DNA of 36,955 nt from a virus (taxonomy: Duplodnaviria; Caudoviricetes): IMG/VR virus record IMGVR_UViG_3300049173_000026, positions 1-36,955 of that record, one strand, 5' to 3'. Made by a program: the position numbers and the translations under genes. Below, piece by piece: positions 8,648-15,225 of the stretch (positions within the stretch are counted from its first letter, which is position 1; each line of letters opens with the position of its first letter). The notes under the pieces are model-generated. The model did not search any database, had not been told where the DNA came from, and saw only the letters and a program-made list of their open reading frames with translations.

Positions 8648-8893
8648 TCAGGCGGCGAGCAGCTCCCAGCCGTCGAGGATGTGGCCGATGGCCGCCCCGT
8701 CGATGTGGGCCTTCGCTGCCGCCTCGCGCTCCTCGTACGTCGGCAGGTCGAAGTTCATGACCACCTGCTCGCGGGGGCTGACCTCGAAGGGCTCGAAGAA
8801 CCCTGCGATCACCACGTCACCGATCCGGAGGAGGAGAGAGATTGCGCCGCAGTCGGGGGCGAAGAAGGCGATCTGGTCGTCGGGCTTGATCAT
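8648..8893 (-). CDS. Hypothetical protein (81 aa)
   Basis: ORF fills the space between stem-loop copy 5 and HHR-A. Confidence 0.7.
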   Translation of the reverse strand: MIKPDDQIAFFAPDCGAISLLLRIGDVVIAGFFEPFEVSPREQVVMNFDLPTYEEREAAAKAHIDGAAIGHILDGWELLAA

Positions 8894-8918
8894 GATGTGG
8901 CTCGCTTTCGTGAAGGGT

Positions 8919-8953
8919 GGGCCTCCCCGCTCTCCCTGTGTGCAGGGAGGCCC
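8919..8953 (-). repeat. Conserved stem-loop, copy 5
   Basis: GGGCCTCCC/GGGAGGCCC stem with a compensatory change, loop ACACAGGGAGA. Confidence 0.9.
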
Positions 8954-8966
8954 GAGGGGTGAGGGG

Positions 8967-9428
8967 TCAGACGGTCGCGGCGCGCATGGCGTCGCGTACG
9001 GCGGTGAGTGCGGTCTTCAGCTCGGCGAACTTCCCCGCGTTCTTCTCGGCGCGGTCCCGCTCCCAGACCCAGATGTCGCGGTACACCTCGTCGTCGGAGT
9101 CGCCTTCCAGGAGCTTTCGGGCCCGGTCGTTCTCGACCAGCTCGTACGCCTCGCGGCGGACCACCGCTCCCAGGAGCGCTTCCCAGTGGGTTGCGATCAG
9201 CTCGGCGTCGTCCATGAACCGCCACGAGACGGCGTGGTGCAGTCCGGCCGCGTGATCGGCTCGCTGGTGGTACTCCTTGGCCATGTGCGCCAGGCCCTTG
9301 TTCTCGTACTTGCGGGCCATGAGCCGGAACTCTTGGCGGTCGTAGCTGAGGGCGAGGCAGTAGTGCGCGCTGTGCGAGAGCAGGGTGCCGGCGGCAGCCT
9401 TCACCGCGGATTCGACCTGGGGGTCCAT
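8967..9428 (-). CDS. Hypothetical helical protein (153 aa)
   Basis: GAGGA RBS; high-GC3 codon pattern. Confidence 0.8.
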   Translation of the reverse strand: MDPQVESAVKAAAGTLLSHSAHYCLALSYDRQEFRLMARKYENKGLAHMAKEYHQRADHAAGLHHAVSWRFMDDAELIATHWEALLGAVVRREAYELVENDRARKLLEGDSDDEVYRDIWVWERDRAEKNAGKFAELKTALTAVRDAMRAATV

Positions 9429-9457
9429 GTGTCCTCACGTTCGTGTGCTGGGGGTCG

Positions 9458-9529
9458 ACGCTGGCTGGCATCGTCAGAGGGGAGGTACCGCCTCCCGCTG
9501 ACGCCCCGAGGGGCGTTTCGCCTTTGCGT
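9458..9529 (-). ncRNA. Type II hammerhead ribozyme (HHR-B)
   Basis: Minus strand: ACGC-AAA-GGC-GAAAC-GCCC-CUCG-GGGC-GUC-AG(C)GGGAGG-CGGUA-CCUCCCCU-CUGACGA-U-GCC-AGCCA-GCGU. Predicted cut between 9500 and 9499. Confidence 0.9.
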
Positions 9530-9587
9530 GTTGGGGGCCGCCCCTCCCCGAGAGGGGGAGGTCAGGGAGGGACGGCAGTACAGGGGG

Positions 9588-9905
9588 TTAGCGCCGGTAG
9601 ACGGGGATCGGGGTGTCGGGGTCGCCTTCCCAGGTGATCCACTCGTCGTAGAAGCCGATGCGGATCTGAGTCCGGCCCTCGCGGGTCTCTCTGATCAGGA
9701 CCCGGCCGACTCGCCAACCGTCAGACCGGTAACGCGAGGGCTTGGCGGCCAGGCCGATGATCTGGTCACCGCCCTTGATCTCGCGGGCCGGGACCGGCTC
9801 GGACATCACGGCGCACTGGTGGCTCGGCGAACGGTGGACCTCGAAGTCGCGGTAGACCGGGCGGGGAACCTTGCGCATCTCGGGGATGCCGATGTCCTCA
9901 CGCAC
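9588..9905 (-). CDS. Hypothetical protein (start uncertain: 9905 GTG or 9878 ATG)
   Basis: Overlaps the upstream stop; plausible beta-rich small protein. Confidence 0.6.
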   Translation of the reverse strand: MREDIGIPEMRKVPRPVYRDFEVHRSPSHQCAVMSEPVPAREIKGGDQIIGLAAKPSRYRSDGWRVGRVLIRETREGRTQIRIGFYDEWITWEGDPDTPIPVYRR

Positions 9906-10710
9906 CGGCCACCGCCAAGGCGAGCTGGCCGGGGATCTCGTTGCGCATGAAGGCGCGACCGAGGTCGAGGAAGTGCTCGTCGCGGGCCTCGTCGTACGCC
10001 TCGCGCACCTCGTTCCAGGACGCATGACCGTCCTCGTCGCGGTACTCCAGGTCGTACAGGGCCTCGGCCCCCAGCTCGACGATGGACTTGTGGTCGGCCT
10101 CGGTGTCGTACGGGAAGTGCATCTTCACGTCGTCGAGGGCCTCTTCGAGGTTCTTCTCGAACACCTCGCGGCGCTGCTGGTCGTAGTCGTCCTCGTCGAG
10201 GAACGGGTACTCGTGCTCGATGTGCTCGACCAGGGCGACGGCCGTACGGAACGCTGCGGTGTAGGTGCGGGTTCCGTGGCAGTCTCCGGTGCAGTCCTGC
10301 CCGTAGCAGATATCCACGAGCGGGTCGCAGTTCGGGGCACACTCCTGCCCATGGGTGCCGGCGCAGTCCTCGGGGCATCCGCCCTCGTAGACCTGGACGA
10401 AGAGTTGCGCCACGTCCCAGGCGGAGGACCCACCGCCGCACTCGTAGACCTGCTCGTCGGACACCTCCGTGTCCGTGCGCCCCTCGTCGGCGGCGCAGAT
10501 GATCAGATCACGGGCGACCTCGAAGTTCGACTTGTGGCCGATCCATCCGGTTCGGTCGTCGTGCCAGGTGAACAGCTCGACGTGCGTCGACTCGTCTTCC
10601 GTGCCGTACGTTCCCGTTTTCCAGGAGGGCCAGGAGCGGTAAGCGTCGTCGAGGTATGCCGCGTACTTGGCGAGCACTTCCTCGGAAGGGGCGGGGTAGT
10701 CGGAGTACAT
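9898..10710 (-). CDS. Hypothetical acidic protein with Cys-rich insert
   Basis: Start MYSDYPA after GAGGA; YPFLDEDDY motif. Confidence 0.82.
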   Translation of the reverse strand: MYSDYPAPSEEVLAKYAAYLDDAYRSWPSWKTGTYGTEDESTHVELFTWHDDRTGWIGHKSNFEVARDLIICAADEGRTDTEVSDEQVYECGGGSSAWDVAQLFVQVYEGGCPEDCAGTHGQECAPNCDPLVDICYGQDCTGDCHGTRTYTAAFRTAVALVEHIEHEYPFLDEDDYDQQRREVFEKNLEEALDDVKMHFPYDTEADHKSIVELGAEALYDLEYRDEDGHASWNEVREAYDEARDEHFLDLGRAFMRNEIPGQLALAVAGA

Positions 10711-10732
10711 GTGTCCTCGCATTCGAGAGAGG

Positions 10733-10771
10733 GGCCGCCCCTGCCCTCTCCCTGTGTGGGAAGGGGCGGCC
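10733..10771 (-). repeat. Conserved stem-loop, copy 6
   Basis: GGCCGCCCC/GGGGCGGCC stem, loop ACACAGGGAGA; nearly identical to copy 1. Confidence 0.9.
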
Positions 10772-10793
10772 GGGTCAATGTTTACACCGGGGC

Positions 10794-11195
10794 CTAGTAG
10801 TCGACGGTCTCGACGAAACCGGCGTCCTCACGGTCGGCGAGCTGCGCTTCCAGCTCCGCGATCCGCTGACGCGCCTTGTCGTAGGCGTACGACACCTCGT
10901 CCAGTCGGGTCCGCAGGTGGAAGGCGATGGACAGCAGGTCGAACCGCTGCACGTCGGGCTTCGAGAGGTTGACCGGCCGGGCCTGCTTCGGGGCCTCCAT
11001 CTGGGCGATCACCTGGGGGGTGATGAAGACGAACCCCCCGCAGTAGGAGCACCGCTCCTCGGCGTCCCGCTCGGACACCTCCGCCTCGTAGAAGGCGAAG
11101 TCGATGCACTGGTAGCACCTGAAGTCGCCGTCCGACTTCTTGACCCCGACCCGTTTGCCGTACTCGCGGTCGGCGTCGCTGAACACGTACTCCAT
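10794..11195 (-). CDS. Hypothetical protein, CxxC...CxxC zinc finger plus coiled coil
   Basis: CYQC...CSYC; AAGG RBS; first gene of the leftward arm. Confidence 0.78.
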   Translation of the reverse strand: MEYVFSDADREYGKRVGVKKSDGDFRCYQCIDFAFYEAEVSERDAEERCSYCGGFVFITPQVIAQMEAPKQARPVNLSKPDVQRFDLLSIAFHLRTRLDEVSYAYDKARQRIAELEAQLADREDAGFVETVDY

Positions 11196-11220
11196 GTGAC
11201 CTTACCCTTCGAGCTTGGCT

Positions 11221-11289
11221 GGTCTCAAGTTTACACCAGCCGCTTTGTTTCGCCGAACCGGGCTGGTTCGGCGTGGTCTCAACTTTACC
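11221..11289 (-). promoter_or_regulatory. Two copies of an asymmetric operator/stoperator-like motif (GTAAASWTGAGACC)
   Basis: GGTCTCAAGTTTACA at 11221-11235 and GGTCTCAACTTTACC at 11275-11289. Further copies at 2529, 3531, 10772 (degenerate) and 16880. Confidence 0.7.
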
Positions 11290-11402
11290 ACACTCTCGGA
11301 GTGGAGTTTCGCGTTTGGCCTGGTCAGCGGTAGGCACTCCCATTGTCCTACCGCCCGGACCGTTGGCCGGTCGCTTCCCTCCCGAACCTTGCGGCCCGTT
11401 CG

Positions 11403-11541
11403 GTGGTGTGGTCACACCTTAACACGTTTCCCGGTCCGTTCCGCAACCCCCTTGCGTGAACTGCGGTTTCCCGGTCCTGCGTGCCATTCCGTCCGTCCCG
11501 TTGCCGGGCCGTTCGTCGTGGTGTGGTCACACCTTAACACG
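11403..11541 (-). promoter_or_regulatory. Tandem leftward early promoters with an overlapping palindromic operator
   Basis: 24-bp direct repeat GTGGTGTGGTCACACCTTAACACG at 11403-11426 and 11518-11541. On - it reads TGtTAAGGT (extended -10-like) overlapping the GGTGTG-N2-CACACC palindrome. Confidence 0.65.
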
Positions 11542-11915
11542 ACCGACCGACCGCACCACAACCCCCCGTTTCTCGCCGCTCCCTGGGGTGCCGCAGTCCC
11601 TAGCCTCTATACGCGCGTGCGCACCTGCCCGCTCTGGCCTGGTGTGCGCTGTGTGCGCTGCCTGGCCCTGCCCTGTGCCCTTGTGTGCTCTCTGCCCTGT
11701 GTGTGCGCTGCTGTGCACTGACGTGCCTATGCGAACCGACATACACTCGATGCACGCATGTGGGCAAGTGTGTCCGTTTGTGCCCCTAGACGGCCGGCCT
11801 GGTGCTTCAATGTCCGATTCACACCCAAACGGCCGGCCTGGTCGACGTGCGTCCGATTCGACCAGCCATGGGCGGAGGGGTGGGGGTATGACCCCGGCTC
11901 GGCGTCTTTCCCGGC

Positions 11916-11926
11916 CGCCACGTCTT
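11916..11926. other. Probable cos site (11-nt cohesive end CGCCACGTCTT)
   Basis: Lies in the long non-coding gap between the divergent arms and resembles the 11-nt 3' overhangs I recall for R4-like Streptomyces phages. Confidence 0.65.
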
Positions 11927-12064
11927 AGCAGCTCGGATTCTGCCACGGTTCCAGGGTCGACGTGATCGCTAGCGCGCACCCCGCAGCGCCGCGCGTTTCC
12001 ACAGGTCAGCGGCGGTAGAGACGTTCTGCAGGGCATCCGCCGGCACTGCACAAGAATGGGCGCC

Positions 12065-12337
12065 TCACGTGCCGTCACTGCCGCGAGCCAGCGCTTGCAG
12101 GTACCCCACGGCGAACGCGTTTGGGTCGTCAGCGTCGCTCGCTTGCGCCAGGGCGAAGAGGAGTCGCTTGTTCATGTCCAGCAAGGCGAGGGCGCCCGTC
12201 ACCTCGCCGTTGCCTCCCCAGTCCCCCTTCCTCCTCTCCCAGTGGTTCAGGGCCTCCAGCGCCCCGTTTGGCCCGAGATACAGCGTGAGCAGCTCGACTG
12301 CGATCGCAAGAGGCTGGGGCTCGTCCGGGGCGTCCAT
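12065..12337 (-). CDS. Hypothetical protein
   Basis: MDAPDEPQ... plausible helical ORF; weak RBS. Confidence 0.45.
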   Translation of the reverse strand: MDAPDEPQPLAIAVELLTLYLGPNGALEALNHWERRKGDWGGNGEVTGALALLDMNKRLLFALAQASDADDPNAFAVGYLQALARGSDGT

Positions 12338-12761
12338 GTCTCGACCGTAACGGGGGGGTGGTGCGTCGCGCTCGCTGAGCGAAGTACGTCTTCGCGTCTT
12401 CATGAAGGGGCGGCCGACAGGCCGCCACAGCCGCTCGCCGCCTTCACGCTGTCCGCCCTCCGGGCGGCATCACTCCTTCGCCGCTGCACTTCTCCGCCGT
12501 CGCCCTTCGGGCGCCGCCGAAGTGTGACCGAGGTCACGTACGTTCGTCTTTCCGGAATCAAGATCAACTAGCGACTTATAAGTGTAAGTACGTAAGTCGC
12601 AAGGCTCGCAAGGCTTGAGCCCCTGGCGGGGCTCGCCTGCATGAAGACGCCTTGCGTAATTCGCGCGTTCGCGAATTGCAGGCTTGGCCCCGCAGGGGCC
12701 ACCTGATGAAGACGAAGTACGTACGCACGTATTCACGTACTTCGCTCGCGAGGGGGTCTTC

Positions 12762-13271
12762 TTGGAGATCCTCGAACTCTGCGCCGGTTACGGCGGGCTG
12801 GGTATGGCTGTAGCTCCCCTGGTCAGCGGTCGCGTGGCGTACGTCGCCGAGACCGCGCCAGGCCCGAGTGCAGTCCTCGCCGAAAGGTATCCGGACGCTC
12901 CGAACCTCGGCGACATCCGCGAAATCGACTGGACCGAGCTTGTCGGCCTGGTCGAAGTAATCACCGCAGGCTTCCCCTGCCAGGACATCTCGATTGCGGG
13001 GAACCGGGTTGGAATTCGAGGCTCTCGTTCTGGAGTCTGGGTCAATGTCGTTGACGCAATTCGCGTCATACGACCGAAGCTCGTCTTCTTGGAAAACGTC
13101 TCGAACATCCGGACGCGCGGGCTCGAAGTCGTCCTCGCTGACCTGGCCGAGATCGGGTACAGCGCGCGATGGGTGTGCGTACGAGCTACCGCAGCTCAAG
13201 CCCCTCACCTCCGTGACCGCTGGTTCTGTATCGCGACCCCTGAAGACGCCGACCGCGAACTTGGGCACTAA
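12762..13271 (+). CDS. C5 cytosine DNA methyltransferase, N-terminal/catalytic part (motifs I-VIII)
   Basis: ELCAGYGG (I), GDI, AGFPCQDIS (IV), LENV (VI), PHLRDRWF (VIII). TTG start after GAGGGGG. Confidence 0.9.
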   Translation: MEILELCAGYGGLGMAVAPLVSGRVAYVAETAPGPSAVLAERYPDAPNLGDIREIDWTELVGLVEVITAGFPCQDISIAGNRVGIRGSRSGVWVNVVDAIRVIRPKLVFLENVSNIRTRGLEVVLADLAEIGYSARWVCVRATAAQAPHLRDRWFCIATPEDADRELGH

Positions 13272-13683
13272 CGGCGGCGCCCGTCACCCTGACGAACGTC
13301 GAGCTGGTGGTCACGGCCCCACGCTCGACGACGAGGCGTGCTACCTCCTCCCCTACTCGGACGCGATCCGGGAAGGCCGCGAGCCGGAAGCCGCGGTGGA
13401 CGGGCCGCAGTCTCCCGCGCACTGGTGGGGCGAGTACCTCCCCGCCATCCGGCAGTGGGAGGAAGTGACCGGCCGCGCCGCTCCCCCGCCTACCGAGCCG
13501 GGCCGCAAGGGCGGACCCCGTGTAACCGTCGAGTGGGTTGAGTGGCTCATGGGCCTCCCCCTCGGCCACGTGACCGGCGTCCCCGGCCTGACGCGCGGAC
13601 AACAGCTCCAGATCCTCGGTAACGGCGTCGTCGTGCAGCAGGCGACGACCGCGTACGCGGCACTCCTCGACCTGGGGGTCTGA
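13045..13683 (+). CDS. C5 DNA methyltransferase, C-terminal part (motifs IX-X), overlapping frame
   Basis: EWLMGLPLGHVT (IX) and QLQILGNGVV (X). ATG at 13045 with GGAG upstream. Confidence 0.8.
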   Translation: MSLTQFASYDRSSSSWKTSRTSGRAGSKSSSLTWPRSGTARDGCAYELPQLKPLTSVTAGSVSRPLKTPTANLGTNGGARHPDERRAGGHGPTLDDEACYLLPYSDAIREGREPEAAVDGPQSPAHWWGEYLPAIRQWEEVTGRAAPPPTEPGRKGGPRVTVEWVEWLMGLPLGHVTGVPGLTRGQQLQILGNGVVVQQATTAYAALLDLGV

Positions 13684-13997
13684 TGCCGAACTGGGCTTCA
13701 TCCGACCGGCGCGAGAGGTTGCCGGCGGATTGGCCGAAGATCCGACTTCGCGTCCTTCGCAGGGACGGGAACCGCTGCACGGCCCGCGATCAGTACGGGC
13801 AGCGCTGCGAGGAACCGGCCACGGACGTAGATCACATCGTGCCTGGTGATGACCATCGAGAGACCAACCTACGAGCACTCTGCGGGTTTCATCACCAGGC
13901 CAAGTCCTCTCGCGAGGGAGCCCTCGCACTCGCCGCACGGCGGCGCCGGATCGACAAGCGCTTCAAGCGGACGGAGGCCCATCCGGGGCTTCTCTAA
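13683..13997 (+). CDS. HNH endonuclease (packaging-associated)
   Basis: VLRRDGNRC...C...DVDHIVP...NLRALCGFHHQAKS; upstream of the terminase genes. Confidence 0.93.
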   Translation: MPNWASSDRRERLPADWPKIRLRVLRRDGNRCTARDQYGQRCEEPATDVDHIVPGDDHRETNLRALCGFHHQAKSSREGALALAARRRRIDKRFKRTEAHPGLL

Positions 13998-14007
13998 GGA
14001 GGTGGCC

Positions 14008-14232
14008 GTGTTCACTGCCGCATGGGTCGGATGGATCGCCGCCTTCTGCGTAATCGAGGGCGTGGCCCTCTACCGGCGCCAGCCCGGCGACACCCTGTCC
14101 GAGCACGTCTGGAAGTGGTTCCACACCGCGAAGGACACCGTGCCGGACCGGACAACCCGGCTGCGGCGCTTCGTCCTAGTCGCGTTCCTGGCCTGGCTCT
14201 CCGCCCACTTCCTGACGGGCGGGACGTTCTGA
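14008..14232 (+). CDS. Small membrane protein
   Basis: AAGGAGGT RBS; two hydrophobic segments; GDTLSEHVWKWF. Confidence 0.8.
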   Translation: MFTAAWVGWIAAFCVIEGVALYRRQPGDTLSEHVWKWFHTAKDTVPDRTTRLRRFVLVAFLAWLSAHFLTGGTF

Positions 14233-14412
14233 TTCCCCCGCACCTGTAGTGCTCTCATCGCCCTCGCTATCCGACTTGAGGGCGGACAGCATCTCGCGCA
14301 CCGCGCGGATGAGTTCGGGAAGTTGCTTGATGAGCTGAACGAGCAACGTTACGACCAGGCTCAGCAGACCGAAGACCGCAAGGACGGTCAAGGTAAGGGA
14401 ATTCCAGTCCAC
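14176..14412 (-). CDS. Small single-pass membrane protein on the opposite strand (moron-like)
   Basis: N-terminal TM segment LTLTVLAVFGLLSLVVTLLVQLI followed by an amphipathic helix; lower GC. Confidence 0.5.
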   Translation of the reverse strand: MDWNSLTLTVLAVFGLLSLVVTLLVQLIKQLPELIRAVREMLSALKSDSEGDESTTGAGESERPARQEVGGEPGQERD

Positions 14413-14763
14413 TTGCTTCAGTGCCTTCCAGTTCTAAGAGGGTCGAACTGGAAGCGGGCAGCCTCAGTTCGACCACCGACTTCGTGGTTCGTGAACTGAG
14501 AGACTGCCGACGCACGCAATCATCCTCGGGCGGTGCCAACGCCTGGGTTGAGCTGTTCCTCCATCTCAGCAGCAGAGGCGGCTCGTTCCGCCCCTCACTT
14601 GGGTGCTACCTGCCGGGGCCAGATGCCCCCTGCGTCACGGGGTCACGGCCACACTGACAAGCACCCGACGGGCCAAGGCCCGAGATAGTCACCCCGAGTG
14701 CAGGGCGCTGAAGCTGACGATACACAACTCACAGCAAGATCATGCGGGTTGGAGGTGTGGCTC

Positions 14764-15192
14764 ATGCCCGGCCCCGTGCCCAACCGTGAAGCCGACCTGG
14801 CCCGCCCACGCGAACGCAAGGGCAGCGATGTCCAGTCGGTGACGCGTGGCCTCGCCCGGCCTACGAAGGTCCCGAACGGCGACCGCTCCTGGCATCCGAT
14901 CGCGAAGCGCCTGTGGGACTCCCTGAAGGAGTCCGGCCAAGCCGACTTCTACCAGGCGTCCGACTGGGCCCTCGCGTACTCCCTCTGCGAAGACCTCTCC
15001 TTCTACAAGAAGTCGGGGAAGCGGTCGGGTCAGATGCTCCAGACCATCTACAGCGCCTTCGAGCGACTCCTCGTCGCCGAGGGCGACCGGCGCCGTGTGC
15101 GCATCGAACTGCATGAGCCCGAGCCCGAGGAGCAGTCCGCGGCCGTGCTCGCCATTGCCGACTATAAGAAGGATCTCGGACTCGCCGAGTGA
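14764..15192 (+). CDS. terS: Terminase small subunit
   Basis: MPGPVP start, WHPIAKRLWDSLKESGQ, EGDRRRVRIEL; GGAGG RBS; precedes terL. Confidence 0.88.
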   Translation: MPGPVPNREADLARPRERKGSDVQSVTRGLARPTKVPNGDRSWHPIAKRLWDSLKESGQADFYQASDWALAYSLCEDLSFYKKSGKRSGQMLQTIYSAFERLLVAEGDRRRVRIELHEPEPEEQSAAVLAIADYKKDLGLAE

Positions 15193-15225
15193 GTCCCTCC
15201 CTGTCGGCCCGAACGCCGAGGGGAG

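Noticed and set aside
9536-9576. Seventh copy of the conserved stem-loop
   Set aside because: It has a similar GC stem (GCCGCCCCTCCC/GGGAGGGACGGC) but lacks the ACAGGGAGA loop, so it is treated as a separate hairpin upstream of HHR-B.
5256-10771. Repeated palindromes as a CRISPR array
   Set aside because: Spacing is hundreds to thousands of bases with whole genes between copies, and there are no cas genes.
11215-12078. Overlapping ORFs in the control region
   Set aside because: Low-complexity Cys/Arg/Pro-rich translations over repeats; the region looks non-coding.
14705-14730. CTGACGA as a third hammerhead core
   Set aside because: No suitably placed GAAA or helices I-III were found.
14420-14760. 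tRNA gene upstream of the terminase
   Set aside because: No cloverleaf with a properly placed T-loop and acceptor stem could be built.
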